Positions 9,700 to 19,047 of a stretch of DNA of 64,000 bases are shown piece after piece. The stretch lies in contig CAVOJZ010000002.1 of the NCBI GenBank assembly GCA_963696395.1, positions 134,433-198,432 of the forward strand, written 5' to 3'. Each line of letters starts with the position of its first letter. Within the stretch, counting starts at the first letter, position 1. Below the pieces are notes generated by a model. The model saw only the letters and a list, made by a program, of their open reading frames with translations. It did no database searches and was not told the DNA's origin. The stretch comes from an uncultured bacterium (lineage in GTDB: Bacteria > Patescibacteriota > Minisyncoccia > UBA6257 > 2-01-FULL-56-20). A program made the translations under genes and the position numbers.

Positions 9700-10131
9700 T
9701 TAAATGCCAAGCTCGCCTAATTTTTCCGCGATCGCTTCCGACGAATTTTCCGTCTTCGTCTTATAGGCTTCCCAGGATTTTCCATCCCATATTTCAATGC
9801 GGTTATAAAGACCGGCCACAACCACTTCCTTCTTGAGGCCGGCATACTTCCGCAAATAATCCGGGATAAGGATGCGCCCCTGGTGATCGAGTTCGACATC
9901 CGACGCCCCTGCGAGCATGAGTCGCACGAACGCGCGCGAATTCGCCTGAGCGAGCGGCAATGCCATTAATTTTTTCGCAAGCTCTTCCCACTCGGCATTC
10001 GCAAAAATAAAAAGACAATTATCAATTCCGCGCGTTATGATGGCGCCGGCCGACAATTTTTCGCGGAATTTTGCCGGAACTGCCATCCGACCTTTGGTAT
10101 CCAGATTGTGTTGGTATTCGCCAAGTAGCAT
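9700..10131 (-). CDS. mraZ: transcriptional regulator MraZ
   Basis: Motifs LDTKGRMAVPAKFR and LDHQGRILIP. Confidence 0.97.
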   Translation of the reverse strand: MLLGEYQHNLDTKGRMAVPAKFREKLSAGAIITRGIDNCLFIFANAEWEELAKKLMALPLAQANSRAFVRLMLAGASDVELDHQGRILIPDYLRKYAGLKKEVVVAGLYNRIEIWDGKSWEAYKTKTENSSEAIAEKLGELGI

Positions 10132-10181
10132 TGGTTTTATATGCCTTCCTTGAGGAGTTCTGCACAGAAAGGGGGGGTTAT

Positions 10182-10244
10182 CCCCAGTTTCCTCCACAGC
10201 TCCCCACTTCTCTACAACTATATACCACTACGGCTCCATGTCAA
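10182..10244 (-). promoter_or_regulatory. mraZ promoter and MraZ boxes
   Basis: TTGACA-16-TATAGT, followed by GTGGGG/GTGGAG/CTGGGG repeats at a 10-nt period. Confidence 0.7.
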
Positions 10245-10359
10245 AATCCGTTACTTTTCAATATATTTCCAACAAAAAATGCCCATTTTATGGGTTTTTC
10301 TAAGTTTCAATTCAGTTTTTATGCACAAGCTGATTCCCCACCCGCAAAAAAACCACTTG

Positions 10360-10431
10360 TGGGCGTTGCAGGGATCGGACCTGCGACCTTTCCGATGTGA
10401 ACGGAACGCTCTACCACTGAGCTAAACGCCC
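10360..10431 (-). tRNA. tRNA-Val(CAC)
   Basis: Anticodon arm TTCCG-TTCACAT-CGGAA. Confidence 0.93.
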
Positions 10432-10465
10432 TTCGTGGAGATTGTAGCAAAAAGCCACGAGAATA

Positions 10466-10594
10466 CAAAAAGGCCTGATTGTAAAAATGTTTTGAGGGGC
10501 ATCTCGGAGCCGCGAAGGCGGCGAGAGGTGAGGTGCGCGACGAGCACGTCGCGACACCGTTCCCGAAAAATATTTTTACAATCAGGCCTTTTTG
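10466..10594. repeat. palindromic element, copy A (28-bp arms plus structured core)
   Basis: Arms at 10466-10493 and 10567-10594 (one G.T pair); core shared with 15617-15743. Confidence 0.9.
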
Positions 10595-10599
10595 ATTTT

Positions 10600-10965
10600 C
10601 TATTGAATTTCCACTTCTGCGCCTGCGGCAACGAGTTTGGCTTTGATCTCGTCCGCCTCTTCCTTCTTCACGTTTTCTTTCACGGTCTTCGGTGCGCCAT
10701 CGACGAGGTCTTTGGCTTCCTTGAGGCCGAGGGTCGTCACTTCGCGGACGACCTTGATCACGTTGAGTTTGCTTGCTCCACCGGATTTCAAAACGACATT
10801 GAAGCTTGTCTTTTCTTCCGCGGCAGCCGCTCCGGCTCCGCCGCCCGCAGCCACCGGCGCTGCAGCCGAGATGCCGAACTTCTCTTCAAGCTTGTGGACG
10901 AGCTCCGCGAGCTCAACCACGGTGAGCGATTCAACCTTGGTGATGATGTCTTCTAAATTTGCCAT
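10600..10965 (-). CDS. rplL: 50S ribosomal protein L7/L12
   Basis: Motifs [11 protein letters not shown] and [13 protein letters not shown]. Confidence 0.98.
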   Translation of the reverse strand: MANLEDIITKVESLTVVELAELVHKLEEKFGISAAAPVAAGGGAGAAAAEEKTSFNVVLKSGGASKLNVIKVVREVTTLGLKEAKDLVDGAPKTVKENVKKEEADEIKAKLVAAGAEVEIQ

Positions 10966-10972
10966 TGTAATT

Positions 10973-11533
10973 TTATAATGCTTGCGTTAGCTCGACCTTT
11001 TTTTCGGGAGTGGATGGAGTCATCTTTGATTTCTGATCAAGAAGATACAGGAACGAACGAATTGGACCGGCGAGCGTGCCCAGGAGCTGAGCGAGCAGGA
11101 TCTCGCGGGGTGGAAGTTGGCCGATGGCAAGCACCTGTTTCGCATCGAGCGCGGTGCTCGAAACGAGATCGTAACCGCCAAGCAGTTTCTTGACCCACAT
11201 ATCTTTTGCCCCGCCTTCCGGAACTTCGAGAGATTTAAAGAAGGTGTACGCCGGGCCGGCGATCGTATCGCTGCCGCCTTCTCCGAAAATCGTTCCGACG
11301 GAAACCTTAAACTGCTTCAAATCGACGTCTACCCCTTTCTCTTTGAGAAGGATATTAAGCAACCGCTTTTTGATGACGAGGAATTTTGCATTCGACTTCG
11401 CGAGTTCGCTGCGAAGTTTTCGAACCTGCTCCGCGGTGATTTTTGTGAAGTCTGCAAAAATTAAAGCCTCGCTCTTATCAAGCAACGCTTTTGCCCTTTT
11501 CAGCTCTTCGCCTTTTTGGATTTTGGTTTTCAT
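10973..11533 (-). CDS. rplJ: 50S ribosomal protein L10
   Basis: Lies upstream of rplL; motif [13 protein letters not shown]. Confidence 0.93.
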   Translation of the reverse strand: MKTKIQKGEELKRAKALLDKSEALIFADFTKITAEQVRKLRSELAKSNAKFLVIKKRLLNILLKEKGVDVDLKQFKVSVGTIFGEGGSDTIAGPAYTFFKSLEVPEGGAKDMWVKKLLGGYDLVSSTALDAKQVLAIGQLPPREILLAQLLGTLAGPIRSFLYLLDQKSKMTPSTPEKKVELTQAL

Positions 11534-11545
11534 AAAAATTTAATA

Positions 11546-11646
11546 AAAAAACGGCCTTTCTCCAGAGCCGCAACGCAAAAATAATCTTTTTGATTACCTC
11601 GGCCGGGATTTACGTGCCTTTTTCGGCACAACCCATGCGTCTTTAG
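11546..11646 (-). promoter_or_regulatory. L10 leader (autoregulatory RNA)
   Basis: AAGAC..GGG-hairpin-TAAATCCC..CGAGG, followed by a terminator-like stem, in the rplJ 5' UTR. Confidence 0.7.
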
Positions 11647-11688
11647 AATTGCTAGTAGTATACGCCGGCCCCGAAAAAAGTCAAATCG

Positions 11689-13248
11689 CTACTCCGAGGA
11701 AAGAGCGTTCAGGGCTCTCCGCGTCCTCACACCAACCAATCCCCAGCCGGTGGTATATGGGCTGCCGTAGCAAACGATTGATTTAGCGCACTGGAATTTT
11801 TGAACAGCTTTTTGCGTAAGCGATCCATAATAGCCGGTCCCATAAGCGGCACCGAGATCGCCCTGCCGAATAAGAATCGTCTGAAGATTCTGGACGGCCG
11901 TACCGCGCAAACCGAATGCGAGCGTCGTTGTAAAAACGTACCCGCTTTGCGAAACAGGAGGCGTCGTTGAAGTCGGCGGCGTGTACGGCGGAATATAAGG
12001 AGGCTGCGTCGTTGTTTGCCCCGGATTGGTCGTCGAGGGCGTTGCCACCGGAATTATCGGATTTGTGGCAAGCGTTGTCGCTCCAATAGATTGCTGGGGA
12101 GAAATGTTCCCTGCGGCATCGTACGCCTTTATGGCATAAAGATAGGTGGTGCTGGTTGTAAGGCCCGTATCGGCGTACGTCGTCGACGCAGTTGTTCCAA
12201 TCTGATTACCGTCACGATAAATGTAATATCCTGCTACGCCCACGTTGTCGGTTGATGCGCTCCACGAAAGATCGATCTCTGAAGTTGACGGTGATGCGTA
12301 ACTCAATCCCGAAGGAATTGATGGCGGCGTAACATCCGGCGGAAACGTTGTTGCATCAGCCGGCGTGCTATCGATCGATAGATTGCCGACTTCATCAACT
12401 GAAACGACCCAATATGAATATTGGGTATTTGCCGAAAGACCCGTGTCCTGGTACGTCGTTGACGTACCATTAGCCATCCCTAGATAGGCGCTGTTGCGAT
12501 AGATCTGATATCCGACAACGGCGATGTTATCCGATCCGGGACCCCATGATAAATCGATTTCGCTCGTCGAGGTCGCTTTCGCTTGCAAATTGAAAGGTGG
12601 CGAAGGCGGTGTGACGTCAAAAATCGTTGTGACACTCATTGGATTTGTTTTCGCAATATTGCCGGCAGCATCATAAGCACCAACTTGATATGTATAGGTA
12701 ACCCCGGGCGAAAGGCCGGTGTCGGTATAGCTCGTTCCCGTAATCTGATTTTGTAAGATCATTTTTTGACCATTCCGATAAATATAATAACCAACCACTG
12801 CAACGTTGTCGGTTGATGCGCTCCACGAAAGAACCACCGACGACGATGACGGTACAAGCGTAAAATCCCCCGGGACACTCGGCGGCTGGGTATCTGCGAT
12901 AACCGTAACAAGCCCGGAAGGGGTCGATTGGCCGGAGACGTTTCCTGCGGCATCATAAGCAGAAACGGTATACGTGTGCGTTCCGGCGGGAGCATTGTCG
13001 GTGAAATAAAGAAAGCCTGGCGTGTTTGCCACGAGCTGACCATCACGATACACATAGTATCCAACTACGCCGACGTTATCCGTGGAAGGATTCCAGGTTA
13101 CATAAACTTGGCCGGATTGAGTGACGGTTGCGGAAACTCCGGTTGGAATGGTTGGGGGTGTTTCATCCTGAGCGTGAACGGTATTAACTGCAATGAAAGA
13201 AACCGCCACCATAACCGCGAAAAACAGCCAAGTTCCTTTTTTATTCAT
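11689..13248 (-). CDS. secreted protein with four fibronectin type III repeats and a C-terminal peptidoglycan-binding-like domain
   Basis: Signal peptide; four W..S(T)DN..V.GY.IYR...AGN repeats; LAFGLRGTAVQNLQ..TQKAVQKFQ. Confidence 0.88.
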   Translation of the reverse strand: MNKKGTWLFFAVMVAVSFIAVNTVHAQDETPPTIPTGVSATVTQSGQVYVTWNPSTDNVGVVGYYVYRDGQLVANTPGFLYFTDNAPAGTHTYTVSAYDAAGNVSGQSTPSGLVTVIADTQPPSVPGDFTLVPSSSSVVLSWSASTDNVAVVGYYIYRNGQKMILQNQITGTSYTDTGLSPGVTYTYQVGAYDAAGNIAKTNPMSVTTIFDVTPPSPPFNLQAKATSTSEIDLSWGPGSDNIAVVGYQIYRNSAYLGMANGTSTTYQDTGLSANTQYSYWVVSVDEVGNLSIDSTPADATTFPPDVTPPSIPSGLSYASPSTSEIDLSWSASTDNVGVAGYYIYRDGNQIGTTASTTYADTGLTTSTTYLYAIKAYDAAGNISPQQSIGATTLATNPIIPVATPSTTNPGQTTTQPPYIPPYTPPTSTTPPVSQSGYVFTTTLAFGLRGTAVQNLQTILIRQGDLGAAYGTGYYGSLTQKAVQKFQCAKSIVCYGSPYTTGWGLVGVRTRRALNALSSE

Positions 13249-13351
13249 ATCCTCAGCTTAGCACGCGCGCAAAGACCCAGCTGTGGATTCGGCTTCTGTG
13301 CGGAGGTTCTTAGAGGATGTTCGGACTTATTTCATCGAAAGCCCTCCTTCT

Positions 13352-13975
13352 TTAAGTAAAAATAACACTTTTTAGCTCCACAGGATTATTGGCGACGTAA
13401 TCCGGATTTCTTGATCTTAATTTTTGCTCACTAGTGAAGCCCCAGGTAACTGCAACACTTCTGATCCCTACTTTCTTGGCCACATCTATCTCATGATTAC
13501 TATCCCCGACAAAAAATGTATTTTGCGGATCTAAATCATTCTCCTTGATTATTCTTTGAACTGCTTCTAATTTATCGTCTGCGTCGGTAACTATTTCATT
13601 AAAGGTATTCTCCAGTCCATACTCTTTTACTTCAGGAAGTAATGTCTCTGGAAAATCGGAGCTTACGACAGCAAGAAAATAGCCACTTTCCTTGCATTTG
13701 TGTATGAGCTCTACCACTTCCGAAAACGGGGCGGCTTTTGGGCAGTCTTTATCTAATTGAATTCCTGAAAAAAATTTAACTCGTTCCTCTTCGCTATAAC
13801 CTTCAGGTAAATATTCTTGATAAAAAAGAGCAGGTGGCTGTTTCCAATTTTCTCTGAATTCCTCTAAGCTTATTTTGCTAACGTTGTATTTTTCAAATAT
13901 TTTGTTAACAATCCAGAGTTGACCTGTGACAGTGTCCCTTATTACACCAGACCAATCAAAGATAATATTTTTCAT
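13352..13975 (-). CDS. HAD-family hydrolase
   Basis: Motifs IIFDWSG, VGDS..D, VTWGF. Confidence 0.88.
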   Translation of the reverse strand: MKNIIFDWSGVIRDTVTGQLWIVNKIFEKYNVSKISLEEFRENWKQPPALFYQEYLPEGYSEEERVKFFSGIQLDKDCPKAAPFSEVVELIHKCKESGYFLAVVSSDFPETLLPEVKEYGLENTFNEIVTDADDKLEAVQRIIKENDLDPQNTFFVGDSNHEIDVAKKVGIRSVAVTWGFTSEQKLRSRNPDYVANNPVELKSVIFT

Positions 13976-13976
13976 A

Positions 13977-14573
13977 TCATAGATTATCAAAGTAGCCAGG
14001 CAAGACGGCATCAATCTTTTGCATCTTTTCCCGCACTACTTCCAATTCTTCCTGCCAATGTTCTTTTGAAGGGAGAAAACTCGCAAGGCGCAATTCCTTG
14101 CTGTTCCATACATTTTCCGGCAGATCCTCTCGTCCGGCAACATAGCCCTTCCCTTTTACGAAAGCATCGATTGCCGTTTCCGGAAAGCCATACATTTTGG
14201 CGATCGCCCAATCGCGCTCTTTTCCAATAGGCATATCGGCAGCTTTCAATAATTCATTCTTTGCTTCTTCGTTAGAAGCGATAAAGAATTGCACCGATTC
14301 CATGTCGGTGTCTGCGTCATGTCCGCGCTTCTCATCAAAACTCAAATTCAGATCCGATAAAATTCCCTCCAGCTCTCTGATATTATCCTCAAATTCCTGA
14401 CGTGAATCACTTTTTGTATTTTCTTTGAAAAGCATCTCTGCCTCCGTTGTCGGCTTCAATCCTTGGCTTACGAAAAGAATATTCGCCACGCTCTGCTTAC
14501 TAATCCGATATATGGATTTCAACTTTTCCGCCGCCGCACGAAGATGCTCCAATGATTGTTCTTGATTTTCCAT
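13977..14573 (-). CDS. hypothetical protein
   Basis: 198-aa ORF containing MYGFPETAIDAF. Confidence 0.75.
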   Translation of the reverse strand: MENQEQSLEHLRAAAEKLKSIYRISKQSVANILFVSQGLKPTTEAEMLFKENTKSDSRQEFEDNIRELEGILSDLNLSFDEKRGHDADTDMESVQFFIASNEEAKNELLKAADMPIGKERDWAIAKMYGFPETAIDAFVKGKGYVAGREDLPENVWNSKELRLASFLPSKEHWQEELEVVREKMQKIDAVLPGYFDNL

Positions 14574-14599
14574 ATATCAATTATCCTAAATTTTTCTTG

Positions 14600-14670
14600 C
14601 GGGGGCAGTAGGAATCGAACCTACGTTAGCGGTTTTGGAGACCGCCGTCCTACCTCTGAACGATGCCCCC
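14600..14670 (-). tRNA. tRNA-Trp(CCA)
   Basis: Anticodon arm GCGGT-CTCCAAA-ACCGC. Confidence 0.95.
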
Positions 14671-14734
14671 TCTTTTTGCTAGTGTAATATAAATCCTTAA
14701 AAAAATCGCCCCGCAGAGGCGGAGCGTATTTTTT

Positions 14735-14914
14735 TTATTTCCCGGTGATTCGCGCCTCTTTGTGAACCGTTTTCGCGCGGCACCAGTTGCAGAACTTCTT
14801 GTATTCGATCTTACGCTCAACCTGTTTCTTGTTCTTATTTGTATAATAATTCCGCCGCTTGCAGATGGAGCAACGAAGAGTGATCAAACGGTCGGCGCGC
14901 TTTACTTTAGCCAT
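14735..14914 (-). CDS. rpmG: 50S ribosomal protein L33 (Zn-binding form)
   Basis: Motif CSICKRRNYYTNKNKK..KKFCNWC..HKE. Confidence 0.95.
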   Translation of the reverse strand: MAKVKRADRLITLRCSICKRRNYYTNKNKKQVERKIEYKKFCNWCRAKTVHKEARITGK

Positions 14915-14979
14915 GGGGAAAATAATACTATAGCTCCTGCAATAAATCAACTGCACTCGCCCGCCGCCCCGTTCTCATG

Positions 14980-15052
14980 AGCCGATGGCCGGAATTGAAC
15001 CGGCGACCTACTCCTTACCATGGAGTTGCTCTACCAGCTGAGCTACATCGGC
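14980..15052 (-). tRNA. tRNA-Thr(GGT)
   Basis: Anticodon arm ACTCC-ATGGTAA-GGAGT. Confidence 0.95.
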
Positions 15053-15076
15053 GCTGGTGATAATATAACGCAAAAC

Positions 15077-15487
15077 CTAGGGATTCGCAAAATATTCCTT
15101 GAGAGCCTGAAAGTGAGCGCTTCCGTCATCCAGCCGCCCAAGGTCGTCTCTGCCTGCCCATTCGTATCGCAAATGCTCGTCTGAAAGCCCAATCTCCCCG
15201 TCTCGATAGAGGCATTTGAATCCTACGAGAAAAACTTTTTTGCCTTCAATCGCATGGCCGGCGGGAAGCCTAAAACTCCACGTCGTGAAAGGCGCGCCTA
15301 TTGCGACGGAGAGATTTGTCTCCTCTTTGATCTCCCGCGCTAACGATACAACGAAATCTTCTTCGCCTTCTTGAATTTTTCCTCCGGGGAAATCAATCTT
15401 GCCACGGCTATCGAAAGCAGCGAGGACTTTGTCCCCTTTCGCTACGAAAGCTTTTTGTCCGACGAAAAACAGTTGGTCTTGTTTCAT
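15077..15487 (-). CDS. NUDIX hydrolase
   Basis: Nudix box PGGKIQEGE...REIKEETNL. Confidence 0.92.
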   Translation of the reverse strand: MKQDQLFFVGQKAFVAKGDKVLAAFDSRGKIDFPGGKIQEGEEDFVVSLAREIKEETNLSVAIGAPFTTWSFRLPAGHAIEGKKVFLVGFKCLYRDGEIGLSDEHLRYEWAGRDDLGRLDDGSAHFQALKEYFANP

Positions 15488-15488
15488 G

Positions 15489-15561
15489 AGCCACCTCCCG
15501 GATTCGAACCGGGGACCTTCGCTTTACAAAAGCGTTGCTCTACCAGCTGAGCTAAGGTGGC
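15489..15561 (-). tRNA. tRNA-Thr(TGT)
   Basis: Anticodon loop TTTGTAA. Confidence 0.95.
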
Positions 15562-15616
15562 ACTTTACCGCTCCACTATAGTATAAGACGAAAATACTTA
15601 TGTAAATAAGGTTCTA

Positions 15617-15743
15617 CAGAAAAGCCTGTGGCTACATGTTTTCCGAGGGACTCTCGGAGCCGCGAAGGCGGCGAGAGTGAGACGCGTTCCGAGCACGGAA
15701 CGACGTCGTGCCCGAGGAAAACATGTAGCCACAGGCTTTTCTG
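15617..15743. repeat. palindromic element, copy B (perfect 28-bp arms plus structured core)
   Basis: Arms at 15617-15644 and 15716-15743. Confidence 0.9.
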
Positions 15744-15832
15744 GCATTCCCTTTTTATATTTTTTCAACTATACTCTAATGGAAATTTAATGTTCTGCAT
15801 CCTCGCTTGCGGGGGTTAACACACGAACACCT

Positions 15833-18800
15833 ATGTCTAAATTCACCCATCTTCATACGCATTCCCATTACTCCCTCCTCGACGGACTTTCAAAAATTCC
15901 CGAACTTGTAAAACGGACGAAAGAGCTCGGCATGGACTCTATCGCGCTCACCGATCACGGCGTACTCTACGGTGCCGTCGAATTTTATAAAGCCGCAAAG
16001 AAAACAGGTATCAAACCCATTCTCGGCGTCGAGGCGTACGTCGCACCCCGCGACCGCTTTTCAAAAGAAAACAACGAACGCTATTACCATCTCATCCTGC
16101 TCTGCGAAAACAACACGGGATGGAACAATTTAATCAAACTGGTTTCAAAGGCCCATCTTGAAGGGTTCTATTATCGCCCACGGGTAGACAAAGATCTGCT
16201 CCGCGAACATCATGAAGGACTCATCGCGCTCTCCGCGTGCCTTGGCGGAGAAATCGGGAGCTGTCTCCTCGCGGGCAAATATGAAGAAGCGAAGAAATGC
16301 GCACTTGAGTATCAGGAAATTTTCGGCAAGGGAAATTATTTCCTCGAGGTACAAAAACATCCGCATGTTGCAGATTCGGAAAAAATTGAACCTCTCCTCG
16401 TAAAACTTTCCGAAGAAACGGGCATTCCGCTCGCTGCCACACAGGACAGCCATTACCTGCGATCGGAAGACCGCGACTATCACGACGTGCTCCTTGCCGT
16501 GCAAACCGGCAACAAGCTTTCGGACGATGATCGCATGACCATGCGGGAAGATGATTTTTCGGTTCTCTCGCCGGAGGCAATGGCGGAGAAATTTGCGGCG
16601 ATCCGGGGCGGAATGGCTGCCGTGGAACGGACCGCCGAAATTGCGGCGCGGTGCTCCGTTGAACTTGAACTTGGGAAGACGCTGCTCCCCGACTTCCCGA
16701 AGCCGGAGGGCAAAACGGCGAACGACTACCTCCGCGAACTGACGGAGGAACGATTACCGAAAAAATTCCCACTCGAGAAACAAACCAAAGAGATGCGGGA
16801 ACGGTTGGAGTATGAAATGGGCGTGATCGAAAAAACCGGCTTCGCCGACTACTTCCTTATCGTTCAAGACCTCATCTATTGGGCGAAGATGCACGGTATA
16901 GCCGTCGGCCCCGGCCGCGGATCCGCAGCAGGAAGTCTGGTTTCGTACGTGCTTGATATCACCGATATCGACCCATTGCGATACGGCCTCCTTTTTGAAC
17001 GATTTCTGAACCCGGAGCGTATCCAGATGCCGGACATCGACATTGATTTTGCGGACACGCGGCGCGACGAAGTGCTCGCGTACGCCAGCCAAAAATATGG
17101 CGAAGATCACGTTGCCCGGATCATCACCTTTGGAACCATGGCGGCTCGGGCGGCAATCCGCGATGCCGGAAGGGCGATGGGATACTCGTATGCCTTCTGC
17201 GACCAGATCGCAAAGCTCATCCCCTTCAATCCGACGCAGGGCATGAAGGAAGGCTGGCTCGACGAATGCCTGAAGCGCGTACAGGAATTAAAAACACTCT
17301 ACGACACGAATCCGGAAGCGAAGAAGCTGATTGAAACCGCGCGGCACCTCGAAGGCGTGGCCCGCCATGCGTCGGTGCACGCGTGCGGCACGGTGATCGC
17401 CAAAGAACAGCTCGTGGAACGCGTGCCGCTTCAATTCGCGCCACAGGAAAAAGAGATCATCATCACGCAATTTGAAATGCACGCCATCGAAGATCTTGGT
17501 CTGCTGAAAATCGACTTCCTCGGACTTAAGAACCTCACCATTATTGAAGAGACTATTCGCATCGTCAAAGAACTCCACGGCGGCGAACCGATTAATATTT
17601 CGAAAATTCCGCTCGACGACAAGAAGACGTACGAACTCCTCCAACGTGCCGACACCACCGGCGTATTCCAGTTTGAATCAAGCGGCATGCGACGCTACAT
17701 GAAAGACATCAAACCGACCGAGCTCGAGGATCTCATCGCACTCGTGGCCCTTTTCCGCCCGGGGCCGATGGAACTGATTCCGTCATTCATTAAACGCAAA
17801 AATGGCAAGGAAAAGATCTCCTATCTTCATCCCAAGCTGGTCCCGATTCTCGGCACAACTTACGGCATCGGAGTTTACCAGGAACAAATGATGCAAATCG
17901 CCCGCGACCTTGCAGGCTACACCCTCCCTGAAGCAGACACGCTTCGAAAAGCGATCGGCAAAAAGATTAAATCCCTCCTCGATGAACAAGGCGAAAAACT
18001 GACGAGCGGCATGATCAAAAACGGCATTCCTCCGAAGGTCGCAAAAGAAATCTGGGAACTCTTCCCGCCATTTGCGCGCTACGGATTCAACAAATCCCAT
18101 GCCGCATGCTATGCCATGATCGGTTACCAGACCGCTTACCTCAAAGCCAACTATCCGGAAGAATTCATGGCAGCGCTTCTGAACGCCGAAATGAGCGACA
18201 TCGAACGCATCTCATTTCTCATCCAGGAGGCAAAGCAGGCCGGCCTCACCATTCTGCCCCCGGACGTTAATCGTAGTTATGTAAACTTCGCCCCCGAAGG
18301 CGAAAAAATCCGCTTCGGACTTCTCGCCATCAAGAATGTCGGTTCGGAGATTACCCGCGCGATCATCGAGGAACGCGCCCGCGGCGGGCCATTCCAAAAC
18401 TTCGAGGAATTCCTTATGCGAATCCAGCATAAAGACCTCAATAAGAAATCGCTTGAAAGTTTAACCAAGAGCGGCGCCTTTGATTCGCTTGGGCTCGAGC
18501 GAAAACAAGCACTCGAAAATATGGAAGAAATCCTGAAGTTTGCGAACGCCATGAAACGAGGCGCGGGTGCGGGACAGTCAAATTCCCTTTTCGGCGATGC
18601 CACGCCAAAATTCAACCTCAAACTCAAGCCGAGCGCCCCGGCAACACCAGCGGAAAAACTTTCCTGGGAAAAGGAATTGATCGGATTCTTCATCTCCGAC
18701 CATCCGATGAATGCGCACTCAGCGGCGATTAAACATTATCAGGCACGCCCGATTGCCGAACTCGCGAGCATCACCGATGAGAAAAAAATTGTGCGGACGG

Positions 18801-19039
18801 CGGGGCTCGTTTCGAAGATCCACAAAATATTCACGAAGAGCGGCCAGCCGATGATGTTCGTCACGATCGAAGACACCTCACAACAACCCATCGAGCTCGT
18901 GGTCTTTAACAGCGTCCTCGAAAAGACATCCGCGATCTGGACTGATAATGCCGTGGTTGTGGTTGAAGGAAAAATCTCCCGGCGGGACGGCGAACTTAAG
19001 ATGATCTGCGAAAAAGCGAAGCGATTGGAAGAAGCTTAA
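15833..19039 (+). CDS. dnaE: DNA polymerase III alpha subunit
   Basis: PHP domain HLHTHSHYSLLDG, plus GRGSAAGS, MPDIDIDF and YGFNKSHA. Confidence 0.98.
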   Translation: MSKFTHLHTHSHYSLLDGLSKIPELVKRTKELGMDSIALTDHGVLYGAVEFYKAAKKTGIKPILGVEAYVAPRDRFSKENNERYYHLILLCENNTGWNNLIKLVSKAHLEGFYYRPRVDKDLLREHHEGLIALSACLGGEIGSCLLAGKYEEAKKCALEYQEIFGKGNYFLEVQKHPHVADSEKIEPLLVKLSEETGIPLAATQDSHYLRSEDRDYHDVLLAVQTGNKLSDDDRMTMREDDFSVLSPEAMAEKFAAIRGGMAAVERTAEIAARCSVELELGKTLLPDFPKPEGKTANDYLRELTEERLPKKFPLEKQTKEMRERLEYEMGVIEKTGFADYFLIVQDLIYWAKMHGIAVGPGRGSAAGSLVSYVLDITDIDPLRYGLLFERFLNPERIQMPDIDIDFADTRRDEVLAYASQKYGEDHVARIITFGTMAARAAIRDAGRAMGYSYAFCDQIAKLIPFNPTQGMKEGWLDECLKRVQELKTLYDTNPEAKKLIETARHLEGVARHASVHACGTVIAKEQLVERVPLQFAPQEKEIIITQFEMHAIEDLGLLKIDFLGLKNLTIIEETIRIVKELHGGEPINISKIPLDDKKTYELLQRADTTGVFQFESSGMRRYMKDIKPTELEDLIALVALFRPGPMELIPSFIKRKNGKEKISYLHPKLVPILGTTYGIGVYQEQMMQIARDLAGYTLPEADTLRKAIGKKIKSLLDEQGEKLTSGMIKNGIPPKVAKEIWELFPPFARYGFNKSHAACYAMIGYQTAYLKANYPEEFMAALLNAEMSDIERISFLIQEAKQAGLTILPPDVNRSYVNFAPEGEKIRFGLLAIKNVGSEITRAIIEERARGGPFQNFEEFLMRIQHKDLNKKSLESLTKSGAFDSLGLERKQALENMEEILKFANAMKRGAGAGQSNSLFGDATPKFNLKLKPSAPATPAEKLSWEKELIGFFISDHPMNAHSAAIKHYQARPIAELASITDEKKIVRTAGLVSKIHKIFTKSGQPMMFVTIEDTSQQPIELVVFNSVLEKTSAIWTDNAVVVVEGKISRRDGELKMICEKAKRLEEA

Positions 19040-19047
19040 CGAATAAA

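Noticed and set aside
12242-12832. 30-bp exact direct repeat (12242-12271 and 12803-12832)
   Set aside because: Explained by homologous FN3 coding repeats.
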